Source: an uncultured archaeon
GTDB lineage: Archaea > Iainarchaeota > Iainarchaeia > Iainarchaeales > GCA-2688035
DNA: 64,000 nt
Assembly (NCBI GenBank): GCA_964354805.1
Contig: CAYHBD010000042.1
Coordinates: 18,038-82,037, forward strand
Direction: 5' to 3'
Shown here: piece by piece, positions 8,037 through 16,694 of the stretch
How positions within the stretch are numbered: the first letter of the stretch is position 1
Layout: every line of letters begins with the position of its first letter
Translations under genes and position numbers: made by a program
The notes under the pieces: model-generated
What the model saw: only the letters and a program-made list of their open reading frames with translations
Told to the model about the DNA's origin: nothing
Database searches by the model: none

Positions 8037-9041
8037 TCAGCCCTTTAACGGCCCCCAGTACATGTTTTCAACAGGCAGCAAATAGGTGCCTTTTCCTGCA
8101 GCAGTCAGCTTTGGGTTGGCATAGTAATCCGGAGGCAAAGCGTAATAAATCACCCTTTCACCCAAGCCTGCTGTTACAATTAAAGGAACGCTTTTTTCCA
8201 GTCCTGCTTTAACCAAATTTGAGCCAAAGTCCAGGGTGAGAACTGTAGTGGTAATTCCGCCACTCATTACCTCGACCAGTGCAAGGTCCTCGTCTTTGAA
8301 AACATACAACGGCAGTGTCCTGCCAATGCCCCTGATAAGCGGATGAGATCCTGTTGGCTCTGTTTCAATGTTTCCTGCAAAAGAAGGCGCATCAGCGCTG
8401 CATTCAACAGCCTGGCAGAAGTTTTTGCCCAGGTATTGCACGCCAAGCAGCTGGTCAAAGCTTATCATTAAATCGCCTTCTTTTCTTGCCCAGGGCCCGA
8501 TTGGCTCATTCGCATCGGCTGTCGGGTCTCTTTCAGTGGTGTAAAGCAATTGGTCTTTCACCATTTTTCCGCCGACATAACTTTCACCAGGCTCTGTTCC
8601 TGCATCGCCTGTCCAGATAAGGGTTCCGCCTGTCGGACCTGTTGCGTAATCAATGAACGCCCTCAATTGCGTTGTGTTGATTTTTTTCGCCCTCTCAACA
8701 ATAACCAGGTCATAGTTGCGCAAATTCCCGAGTGTTACCCTGCCAACATCCAGCATGTCTGCATGAACGCCCAATATCTCGGGGTTTGCAAGCAGGTCGC
8801 GCAAGCCCCCTTCGTCAATAGGGTTGCCAAGGCCGCTTTCCCCGTAAACAATAAGGACCCTTGGCGCGCCTGTTGTAAAGGCCTTAATTGCCCAGTAAGC
8901 ATTGCACCATGCTCCGCCAATGACCGGGAATTGGTTGCATTTTATTATTCCTGTGAATGTTATAACGAAAAGAAGGGCAACTATTAATGCAATTAAAAAA
9001 ACCACCCTGGTTGTGTTCTTGATTAATAACTGCTGGTTCAT
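8037..9041 (-). CDS. membrane-anchored protein with a Rossmann-like (GATase1/ThuA-like) external domain
   Basis: MNQQLLIKNTTRVVFLIALIVALLFVITF is a TM segment, followed by RVLIVYGESG..YDLVIVERAKK..GGTLIWTGDAG. ATG 9041 is preferred over the track start at 9092. Confidence 0.55.
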   Translation of the reverse strand: MNQQLLIKNTTRVVFLIALIVALLFVITFTGIIKCNQFPVIGGAWCNAYWAIKAFTTGAPRVLIVYGESGLGNPIDEGGLRDLLANPEILGVHADMLDVGRVTLGNLRNYDLVIVERAKKINTTQLRAFIDYATGPTGGTLIWTGDAGTEPGESYVGGKMVKDQLLYTTERDPTADANEPIGPWARKEGDLMISFDQLLGVQYLGKNFCQAVECSADAPSFAGNIETEPTGSHPLIRGIGRTLPLYVFKDEDLALVEVMSGGITTTVLTLDFGSNLVKAGLEKSVPLIVTAGLGERVIYYALPPDYYANPKLTAAGKGTYLLPVENMYWGPLKG

Positions 9042-9206
9042 GCAAAAAACACTCTCACTACAATATTCACCAACAACCGCTGATTCATGCAAAAACGCCC
9101 CTGATTGAACCCTTAATTAACAAATGCCTGTTCATGCCAAATCCATATACTTTTTATATCTTAATCAATATAAAATTCTTACCAAAGACATTTTTGGGGG
9201 TTTAAT

Positions 9207-9389
9207 ATGGTAAAATTGGAGCATGGCCCTGCTGTAAGGGGCCCGAGCAGTGCTTTGGGAATAATGCGCTTTTTCGACGCAGACACTAGTGGCCCAAAGC
9301 TCAGCCCTGAGTTTGTTGTGGGAATCGCAATCGCGCTGATTATAGTAGTTTTAGCAATTAAAGCAATGACGGCAGTCCCGGTGGCGTAA
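9207..9389 (+). CDS. secG: preprotein translocase subunit Sec61beta/SecG (archaeal)
   Basis: 60 aa: GPSSALGIMRFFDADTSGPKLSPEFVVGIAIALIIVVLAI. This matches the hallmark (a)GL.RyFde...g.k.sP motif followed by a C-terminal TM tail anchor. Confidence 0.85.
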   Translation: MVKLEHGPAVRGPSSALGIMRFFDADTSGPKLSPEFVVGIAIALIIVVLAIKAMTAVPVA

Positions 9390-9472
9390 AGCAATTAGTG
9401 AATGAATTTTAATTCTTTTTTCTAAAACATTGTAGTCTTCACCAATCATTTTCTTTGTAGGCTGCGGCAAAA

Positions 9473-10402
9473 TCAAAAAATGCCTTTTTCTTTCAACGCT
9501 GCCGCAATCAGTGGGAAAGCGATTGTTGCATCGCAAAAGACATTCACATGCTTTGCATTTTCCCTGAGCTTTCCCCAGCTTTTTGCCTCGTGGGTTCTTG
9601 CGCCGCTTAATGAACCGTCCAGCTCTGTTGCCGTTGAAATGTAGACAGCGTAATCCAGGCCGTCCCGCAGAATGTTTGCCCCGATCAGGTGGTGCTTTGC
9701 AATTCCCCCGCCTAAAACAATGCCTGCTGTTTTTTCTGCCGTCAAAACAATCTGCCCGAGTTTGGGCAAATCGGCTGTTACATCAATGCAGAAATCCCCG
9801 CGCTGCTGCTTGAAGAAATAGAACTGCAGCCCTATTGCCCCGTCTGTTATTCCGGGGCAGAAAACCGGAATCTTGTTTTTGCTGCACCAGTGCAGGAAGC
9901 TGCCGCTGCTTTCAATTTTTTGCCCGATCAATTGGATTAGTTCGCTTGGCGAAAAGCACTGCTGTTTTTTGCAGAATTCCTGCAGCCAGCTTTGCATTTT
10001 CTTTTCAAGCAGGATAAAGCCCTTGTTTGGGGAGAAAATGTTTCCAATCCTGTTAATGCCCTTTTTGTGCAATTGCGCATCATCAGCATCAAAGCTGCCC
10101 TGCCCGTAATCAACCAGTGTTTTTACTACATCGTGGTCAACGCTGCCTGCTGTCGTAATTATGGCGTCAATGAAATGCTTTCTGCACATTTCTGCAATAA
10201 TGCCCCTCAGCCCTGATGCAACGAGGTTTGCTGTAAAGGAAAGGAAAATTGTTGCATTTTCTCTTTTTGCTTTTTCAATCAAATCAACCGCTTCCCCGAG
10301 ATTGCTTGCCTGGAAGCCTGCAGTGCTTAATTGATCGGCCAGATCAATTGCGCTGTTTTTTTCCTTTAATTTAATGTCTTTTATTTTGTTCACGCGAATC
10401 AC
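9473..10402 (-). CDS. dys: deoxyhypusine synthase
   Basis: GGGIAKHHLIGAN..DGSLSGARTHEAKSWGKL and FLSFTANLVASGLRG..ITTAGSVDHD match DHS family motifs, including the SWGK lysine. Confidence 0.85.
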   Translation of the reverse strand: MIRVNKIKDIKLKEKNSAIDLADQLSTAGFQASNLGEAVDLIEKAKRENATIFLSFTANLVASGLRGIIAEMCRKHFIDAIITTAGSVDHDVVKTLVDYGQGSFDADDAQLHKKGINRIGNIFSPNKGFILLEKKMQSWLQEFCKKQQCFSPSELIQLIGQKIESSGSFLHWCSKNKIPVFCPGITDGAIGLQFYFFKQQRGDFCIDVTADLPKLGQIVLTAEKTAGIVLGGGIAKHHLIGANILRDGLDYAVYISTATELDGSLSGARTHEAKSWGKLRENAKHVNVFCDATIAFPLIAAALKEKGIF

Positions 10403-10461
10403 TTGGACTTTTTTTTCAATTTAATTAAATCTTTTATTTTATTAAATCAATTGCCAGAACT

Positions 10462-13383
10462 TCATTTCTTTAACTCAATTGAAAAGCTTCTTTCAATCAG
10501 CTTTTCTTTCACTTCTTTCTCAACAATCTGCATTGCGGTGTTTGTCTCTTTTTCAATCCATTTTCTGTTGCCCTGCAAAAAGCTTTTGTCATCGCAGGCA
10601 ACCAGCAGTAGTGCTTTTTGCTGGGGTAGCAGGTTTGCCTGCTTTCTCATCTCCTGAATCCTTCTCCTGAGTTCCTGCAGCTCCCACTCATTCCGCAGCT
10701 GCCCATCGGCATCCAAAAGCAAAAACAGCTTTGCGCCTGCAGCATCAGCCCTTGCATAATTTCCGCTTGGCTCTGCTGTTGCTTCAACAACGCGCTTTAC
10801 ATTGCAGCTGCTTGCAATAACACTGTGCACTTTGCTGAACTGCTTTCCTTTGCCAGAGGCAGACTTTTTCCCAAGGCTTTTTTGCTTTGGCAAAAAAGGC
10901 TTTTTTTCTGTTACAATGACAAGTTCCCTCAAAGGCCAGCGCAGCCGCAGTTTCTGCTGCTCTCTCAAAGAAAGAACAGCCTGGGTTAATTCTTTTGCGG
11001 AATCAAACTGCTTTTCCAGTTCAGGGTCAACCAGTTTTTTTTCAACGGCAGGCAGCTGCCTCAAGTGAATTGACAAGGGCATTTTTCCATTTCGCAAATG
11101 CTGGTAAATGTATTCGGTTATGTGCGGGGTGATTGGGGAAAGCAGCAAAAGCAGGCCGTCAATTACAGCCGACATTGTCTTGTTCACTGCCTGCGCTGTT
11201 TTTCCTTCTGTCCTGCCCCTGATTAATTTAATGTATGTCCTGCTCAAATCCTCTAAAACGAATTGCTCTATTGCTGCAGTTGCCCTGAAAAAATTATAGC
11301 TGTTATAAGCATCTGTTGCTGTTTCAATTAATGAATTCAGTTTGCTCAGAATCCACTTGTCTTCAACCTGCAAGCTAAGGGTGCTGATTTTTTTGCCCTT
11401 TGCAATGTCCAGCTTCAGATACATGTTCGCGTAGTTGAAGCAGTTCCAGAAGATTGAAAAGAAGCGGTGGATGTCCTTGAAGCTGTCCCAGTCAAAGGCA
11501 AAGTCCTCGCCCTTGCTTGTTGCAGTTAGATAATAGCGCAGGTAATCCCTGCTGTGTTTTTCAATTACCTCTTTCGGCTGGACTGCATTGCCCTTGCTTT
11601 TGCTCATTTTCCTTTTCTCAATGTCAAGCACAAGGCCGTGGACTGAAATTGTTTTGAAGGGCGCTTTGTCAAAAGCAATTGTTGAAAGGATTAACTCACT
11701 GTTCCACCATCCCCTAAACTGGTCTGTTCCCTCAAGATTGAGGTCGGCTGGCCAGAAGCGCTTGAACAATGCGCTGCTTGCAGGGAAACCGAGTGCTGCC
11801 CAGCTGCTGACTCCGGAATCAAACCAAACATCCAGAACCTCAGATACTCTGCGCATTTTTGCGCCGCAGCTGCATTTTATTTCCACTGAATCAATTTCCG
11901 GCTTGTGCAATTCCTTTACTTTCTTTCCGCTCAATTTTTGCAGTTCTTTTAAGCTGCCAATTACTTTCTGCTCTTTGCATTTGCCGCACTGCCAGATTGG
12001 AATTGGAGTTCCCCAATAACGGGCCCTTGAAATTGGCCAGTCTCCAATGCTTTCGAGCCAGTTCTGCATCCTGCTCTGCATCCAATCCGGAACCCACTGC
12101 ACTTTGCCGTTCAATTCAATCATTCTTTTCTGAATGCTGCTTATTTTGAAAAACCATTGCGGAACTGAAAGCATGAGCAAAGGATTTTTGCATCTCCAGC
12201 ACAATGGGTAATCGTGCGTGTAAGGGTGCCTGTAAACCAATGCATTTGCTTGCTCCAAATCGGCGATTATTTCCTTGTCCACTTCCCTGCATCTTTTGCC
12301 TGAATACTTTCCTGCTTCAGCTGTCATCAAGCCATTCAATTGCACTGGCGAAATTGCCGGCAGGCCTGCCTTGCTGCCTGCATCAAAGTCCTCTTTTCCA
12401 TGCCCTGGCGCGCTGTGAACCAGGCCTGTTCCTTCTTCAAGATTAACGTACCGCTCGCTTAGAATTACTCTGTAAGCGTTTTTCAGCGGAGGCAATTGCA
12501 GGTGCTTTGCAAGCGGGTTCTCGTACTGCATTCCCTGCAATTCTTTTCCCTTAACTGTTTTTTCAATTGTAAAGCCTGCCTCAATCGCTGCCATCAATTC
12601 CTGCACTTTTTCCTTTGCAATCACCCATGTTTCGCCATTGCTCATTTTTGCAAAAGAGTAATCAAATGCAGGGTGGACCATCACCCCGGTGTTTCCAGGC
12701 AGTGTCCAGGGAGTTGTTGTCCAGACAACGAGGAAAGTGTTCTCTTCTCCTTTCACTTTGAATTTCACAAAAACAGCTTCATCTGTCAGTTTGCTGTACT
12801 CGATTTCATTGAATGCAACTGCTGTTTCGCATCTCGGGCAGACATGCACAGGGTAAAGCCCTTTGTACAGCAGGCCTTTTTCTTCCGCTTTTTTGAAAGT
12901 CCACCAGATTGCCTCAATGTATTCATTGCTCAAAGTGAGATATGGATTCTGCCAGCCCATCCAAACGCCCAAGTCATTGAATTCGTTGTTCATTACATCA
13001 ATGAACTGCGTTGCATACTGCTTGCATTCTTTAATGAATTTCCCCACTCCGTATTGTTCGATGTCCTGCTTTGATTTGAAGCCCAGCTTTTCCTCAACCT
13101 TGTTTTCAATCGGCAATCCATGGCAGTCATAGCCAGGCCTGTCGAAAACATTGCAGCCCTGCATTCTCCTGCTTCTGATTGCAACATCCTTTTGGATCTT
13201 GTTCAAAGCAGTCCCCATGTGGATGTGGCCTGTTGCATAAGGCGGGCCGTCCATGAAATAAAAAGCCTTTTTCTGCTTGCCACTCTGTTTCCTAACCAAG
13301 GCAGGCACTTTCCTTTTTAGCCAGAAGCGTGTTATTTCCTCTTCCTTCTGCCTGCTGTATGGCTCAAGTAATTTTTCGGGCAT
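10462..13383 (-). CDS. ileS: isoleucyl-tRNA synthetase
   Basis: 973 aa. PYATGHIHMGTALNK is the HIGH-type motif and KMSKSKGN the KMSKS motif. An editing-domain-sized insertion and a Zn-finger-like CPRC..C are present. Confidence 0.9.
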   Translation of the reverse strand: MPEKLLEPYSRQKEEEITRFWLKRKVPALVRKQSGKQKKAFYFMDGPPYATGHIHMGTALNKIQKDVAIRSRRMQGCNVFDRPGYDCHGLPIENKVEEKLGFKSKQDIEQYGVGKFIKECKQYATQFIDVMNNEFNDLGVWMGWQNPYLTLSNEYIEAIWWTFKKAEEKGLLYKGLYPVHVCPRCETAVAFNEIEYSKLTDEAVFVKFKVKGEENTFLVVWTTTPWTLPGNTGVMVHPAFDYSFAKMSNGETWVIAKEKVQELMAAIEAGFTIEKTVKGKELQGMQYENPLAKHLQLPPLKNAYRVILSERYVNLEEGTGLVHSAPGHGKEDFDAGSKAGLPAISPVQLNGLMTAEAGKYSGKRCREVDKEIIADLEQANALVYRHPYTHDYPLCWRCKNPLLMLSVPQWFFKISSIQKRMIELNGKVQWVPDWMQSRMQNWLESIGDWPISRARYWGTPIPIWQCGKCKEQKVIGSLKELQKLSGKKVKELHKPEIDSVEIKCSCGAKMRRVSEVLDVWFDSGVSSWAALGFPASSALFKRFWPADLNLEGTDQFRGWWNSELILSTIAFDKAPFKTISVHGLVLDIEKRKMSKSKGNAVQPKEVIEKHSRDYLRYYLTATSKGEDFAFDWDSFKDIHRFFSIFWNCFNYANMYLKLDIAKGKKISTLSLQVEDKWILSKLNSLIETATDAYNSYNFFRATAAIEQFVLEDLSRTYIKLIRGRTEGKTAQAVNKTMSAVIDGLLLLLSPITPHITEYIYQHLRNGKMPLSIHLRQLPAVEKKLVDPELEKQFDSAKELTQAVLSLREQQKLRLRWPLRELVIVTEKKPFLPKQKSLGKKSASGKGKQFSKVHSVIASSCNVKRVVEATAEPSGNYARADAAGAKLFLLLDADGQLRNEWELQELRRRIQEMRKQANLLPQQKALLLVACDDKSFLQGNRKWIEKETNTAMQIVEKEVKEKLIERSFSIELKK
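10865..10902 (-). repeat. palindromic element family A, copy 3 (inside the ileS reading frame)
   Basis: Minus-strand reading: AAGCCTTTTTTGCCAAAGCAAAAAAGCCTTGGGAAAAA. It is translated in frame as KKPFLPKQKSLGKK. Confidence 0.85.
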
Positions 13384-13457
13384 TTTGTTTCACTTATAAT
13401 ATATTTTATTAAATTAAAAACTATAAAGTTTAATCAATAAATTCCCAAAAACACCAG

Positions 13458-14192
13458 TCACAGTTTTTTTGTGAATTCCAGGATGAATTCGCTTTGTAGC
13501 GCGCGCATTTTTCTCATGGCTGCTTTTGCCACCTCTTTGTTTCCTTTTTCTGCCGCTGCATACATTTCATGCGCGGTTCCATGAATTTTCCATTTTAAAT
13601 CATTTGCTTTTTTTATTTCTTCCTGCGGACATTCAAGCAAATGCATTCTCTTTATTGTGGCGTTTGTAATAAGGGACTTTGGGCTGCCGTATTGCATTGC
13701 AACCCTTAAAATTTCGTCGTAAAATTTTCCCCGCCCGCAGTTCATTACTTGGGAAATAACTTTTTGCGGCACTCTCCTTTCATACCAGTTTTCAATGTGT
13801 TGTATAAGGGTCTCAAAAGATATTGTCTTGTTTGCGAAATCCTTCAGGTACCTCTTTAAGGTCGTAAAGGCAACAGGCGCAGCAAACACCCTCACAGCGG
13901 TTGCAACTGACAATGGCTTTGTTTCATTCAGTTGGCAAAGCCTCCTGATTACTTTCCTGCCTGCCCTTGGCTCCACTTCAAGAAAACGCGCTATTGTTGA
14001 AGCCGCATTTCTTACAATCATTTTTCTTTTTTTATTTTTTGCAATGCTCAGAAGCAATTCAATTGCTCTCGGCGTGTTCAAAACAGGGGCCCTCTTCAGC
14101 AACCTTGCCAAAGCCAATACTGTTTCTTTCACATGCCTCGGCTTCGCCGGCCGCCCAAGCCTTAATTTCGTCGGGTTAGCTAATTCATGCAT
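13458..14192 (-). CDS. hypothetical protein (helical, basic)
   Basis: A 244-aa ORF with a coherent, non-repetitive sequence. I recognise no motif. Confidence 0.5.
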   Translation of the reverse strand: MHELANPTKLRLGRPAKPRHVKETVLALARLLKRAPVLNTPRAIELLLSIAKNKKRKMIVRNAASTIARFLEVEPRAGRKVIRRLCQLNETKPLSVATAVRVFAAPVAFTTLKRYLKDFANKTISFETLIQHIENWYERRVPQKVISQVMNCGRGKFYDEILRVAMQYGSPKSLITNATIKRMHLLECPQEEIKKANDLKWKIHGTAHEMYAAAEKGNKEVAKAAMRKMRALQSEFILEFTKKL

Positions 14193-14220
14193 TCGCAGTT
14201 ACACCTTGCAATAAATACAT

Positions 14221-14339
14221 TGGGCCCGGAGAGACTCGAACTCTCGACCCTTGGTGCGCTAACAGGGCAACAAGATGCCGAAATGAATTCACTCATCACC
14301 CTGCTATAAGACCAATGCTCTGCCGCTAAGCTACGGGCC
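14221..14339 (-). tRNA. tRNA-Ile (anticodon UAU as read) with a 48-nt intron after position 37
   Basis: Hand fold: GGGCCCG-TA-GCTT-AGCGGCA-GAGC-A-TTGGT-CTTATA[intron 14256..14303]C-ACCAA-GGGTC-GAGAG-TTCGAGT-CTCTC-CGGGCCC-A. All four stems pair. Confidence 0.8.
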
Positions 14340-14340
14340 C

Positions 14341-14440
14341 TACTCGGCAAATTCCGAGAGCCGGCAAATTCCGGCTGTGAATTAAGCCCATACTTCGCTT
14401 CGCTCTGTATGGGCTGTGCTCGGCTTTCGCCTCGCATTAA
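14341..14440 (-). repeat. upstream module family B, copy 1 (directly 5' of tRNA-Ile(UAU))
   Basis: Minus-strand reading: AATGCGAGGCGAAAGCCGAGCA...TTAATTCACAGCCGGAATTTGCCGGCT. The same two blocks occur on the plus strand at 47040..47165. Confidence 0.7.
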
Positions 14441-14601
14441 ATAGAAAGTGGAATTGTTTAAGTATTTAATTAAGGCAGTAAAATCAGGTTCGGCCCGGTA
14501 TCCGTGAATCGCCTTTTATTGTTTTCATTCAGTTTTCACTTTTGCCAAAATGTCTTTTTCGCTTAAAATTATTTTACCCGTTTTGTTTTCATTCATTTTT
14601 T

Positions 14602-15024
14602 TCATTTTGCCGAAAGCGATTTTTCGCTTAAATTATTCTCTTTGTTGATTTGGCCTATTTCTTCGGGCGCTTCCTCCATTTTGCCGTATCTTCCAATGTT
14701 CAACCGAACACTATTTTTGAATGTCGAGGCATAGCCGTTTGCTATTTTGTATGTTTTTCCCAGCTGGATTGAATCAATTGCATCATCCCAGAGCGTGAGC
14801 AGAATGCATCCGCTTTCATCTCCAACCAATGCTTCGGCAACTTTGTGGCTGCTGTTGTCAAGCCTGCCAGTGACCTCGCGTGGCTCGCCTTTTTCCTCCA
14901 CTCTGATGACTACGTCAATTCTTTTTCCGAATGGCTTTATTTCGCTGACGTTCATTGCAGCACCTGTAAAACGATTAAGAACTGTAATTTTTTTAAATGA
15001 AACTGTTTTTCGGCGTTTTCCCAT
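14602..15024 (-). CDS. single OB-fold ssDNA-binding (RPA/SSB-like) protein
   Basis: IDVVIRVEEKGEPREVTGRLDNSSHKVAEALVGDESGCILLTLWDDAIDSIQLGKTYKIANGYASTFKNSVRLNIGRYG follows the short archaeal RPA OB pattern. ATG 14955 (MNVSEIKP) is a plausible true start. Confidence 0.65.
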   Translation of the reverse strand: MGKRRKTVSFKKITVLNRFTGAAMNVSEIKPFGKRIDVVIRVEEKGEPREVTGRLDNSSHKVAEALVGDESGCILLTLWDDAIDSIQLGKTYKIANGYASTFKNSVRLNIGRYGKMEEAPEEIGQINKENNLSEKSLSAK

Positions 15025-15100
15025 TTAAATTTTAAAAACATTCAATTTCAAAAAAATAAGCATAGGTAGCCCTAATTAAAAGTAAATAAAAAGAAAAGAA

Positions 15101-15128
15101 AAAAGGGTTAACTTAAACCCTTTTTTTA
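15101..15128. terminator. hairpin with flanking A/T runs
   Basis: AAAAAAGGGTT-aactt-AAACCCTTTTTTT, lying between two minus-strand genes. Confidence 0.5.
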
Positions 15129-15845
15129 CTTCAATGATTTTTTCAGGTCAACTGCCATTTTTCTGATGTCTTCTTTGAAAGCCATCAGGCAAACTACTCC
15201 AAGAACAACCGCTGTCACACAAGCGAATGCAACTATGAACGGCCCGATGAACAGATTCAGGTAGTCTTTTAACACGCCCATTGTGTCCTTGCCCAGAATC
15301 ATTGTCAATGCAAGGATGCCTGTGAACAAAATAATGATTCCCTCTGCCAAAGCCGCTGCCATTTTCTTGAACTTGTGCTGTGTTACCTCAATTGAATTCT
15401 TGGCGTATCTTCCAAGCAGCAATCCGCCTACAAATACAAGAATGCCGCCCAAGACACCGGGTATGTAGTAAACCAAAGCTGTCAGGAACTGCTGCAATGC
15501 GCTCAATTTGACATTCTCAGCTGCCGCAGCCAAGAACAGCACAATGATGTACCACTTGACCAAACTGCCTGCCAATGCGCTGACCTCTTTGCCGCCGATT
15601 GCGGCTGAAAGGTTCTGCTCGTCAATCCACTGGTCGACTCTTGTGCTCTGCAGCAATTTGATGACAATCTGCTTCAGAATTTTTCCGATAATCCAACCGA
15701 TCAGGATTATAATCGTTGCACCAATCAGTGAAAGAACAACAGGAATACTGTCAATGACAAGTTTTTTCCCGGCCTCCTGTAACCCAGCATAGAATGCTGC
15801 CCAAACCTCAGCTAATATGTTACCATCAGCCATGAATTGAATCAC
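15126..15845 (-). CDS. multi-pass membrane protein (conserved-TM-helix / MscS N-terminal-like repeats)
   Basis: 239 aa with about five hydrophobic helices and a repeated K.I..LL...(V)D motif. Confidence 0.55.
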   Translation of the reverse strand: MIQFMADGNILAEVWAAFYAGLQEAGKKLVIDSIPVVLSLIGATIIILIGWIIGKILKQIVIKLLQSTRVDQWIDEQNLSAAIGGKEVSALAGSLVKWYIIVLFLAAAAENVKLSALQQFLTALVYYIPGVLGGILVFVGGLLLGRYAKNSIEVTQHKFKKMAAALAEGIIILFTGILALTMILGKDTMGVLKDYLNLFIGPFIVAFACVTAVVLGVVCLMAFKEDIRKMAVDLKKSLK

Positions 15846-15870
15846 CGATAGGAAAAAGGCTTTGTTGTTT

Positions 15871-16401
15871 TTAAATCTTGCGCATCAATTCGTCAATCGC
15901 CTTATTCAAATCGTTTAAAGACGAATTGTTTGCGATAGTACGGCTAGCGCTGTCTATTACTTTCTGCAAATCGAATTTTAGCAGGTTGTGCTTGTCCCTT
16001 TCAAAGAACGCTTCTTTGCTCTGGACATCCAAATCTGTTCTTCTCTCAAAGCGCTTGTCGGAATCTGCTTTCACTGCAATCAGGACAAATTTCTTCGAGC
16101 TTTTTTTAAGGTATTTCACTTCATCCAGTGACTGAATTCCTGAGAAGACAACCCGCTTCCATGCCTGGGCTTTAGCTTTCTGGACAACCCTTTTCGCAAG
16201 CACGTCATTGCCCTCCTTCTCCCTCATTTCAACTCCAAGCAGGCTCCTGTTCATCTTTGTGTCAGGCCTGCCCTGCCTTCTCAGCTCTGTTGCAAGCACA
16301 TCGCTTAAAACAAGCTTGTGGAAACCGTGCTTCTCAACAAGGCGGTCTGCGACAGAATCCTTGCCGCTTCTCGCAAGACCTGTTACTGCAATTGCAAACA
16401 T
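15871..16401 (-). CDS. P-loop nucleotide/nucleoside kinase (dephospho-CoA kinase / UPF0200-like)
   Basis: The N-terminal Walker A is IAVTGLARSGKDSVA. Its 176-aa size is typical of small archaeal kinases. Confidence 0.6.
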   Translation of the reverse strand: MFAIAVTGLARSGKDSVADRLVEKHGFHKLVLSDVLATELRRQGRPDTKMNRSLLGVEMREKEGNDVLAKRVVQKAKAQAWKRVVFSGIQSLDEVKYLKKSSKKFVLIAVKADSDKRFERRTDLDVQSKEAFFERDKHNLLKFDLQKVIDSASRTIANNSSLNDLNKAIDELMRKI

Positions 16402-16459
16402 GAAAACAAGGGTAATAAGAACTTATTAATAATTTAATTCTCGCCCAAAAATCGGATTA

Positions 16460-16690
16460 AACAGGATATGAAAATGAAAAATGAATTAAAAGCAAACAAA
16501 AAATTGGAAAAAAAAGAAAAAGAAAAAAGCAGGGGAAATTGAAAATTAAAAAAAAGAAAAATGGAAAAAAACAGGAAAAATTAGAAAATAAAAAAACACC
16601 GAAAATTAAAAAAAATGGAAAAAACAGGAAAAATGGAAAATTAAAAAAAGAAAGCAGAAAGAAAAGAATTAGAAAAAAAAGAAAAAAAGG
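16460..16690. repeat. A-rich (T-rich on the coding strand) low-complexity tract 3' of the thermosome gene
   Basis: GGAAAAA(A)CAGGAAAAAT occurs twice, GAAAATTAAAAAAA(A) recurs, and GGGAAATTGAA is shared with 6560..6900. Confidence 0.7.
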
Positions 16691-16694
16691 AGAT

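Noticed and set aside
14256-14303. A C-box-like GTGATGA inside the tRNA-Ile(UAU) intron, suggesting an intron-encoded C/D sRNA as in some euryarchaeal tRNA-Trp introns.
   Set aside because: There is no CTGA D box at the proper distance or next to the closing stem (CAGGG/CCCTG), and no C'/D' pair. A single 7-mer is not enough.
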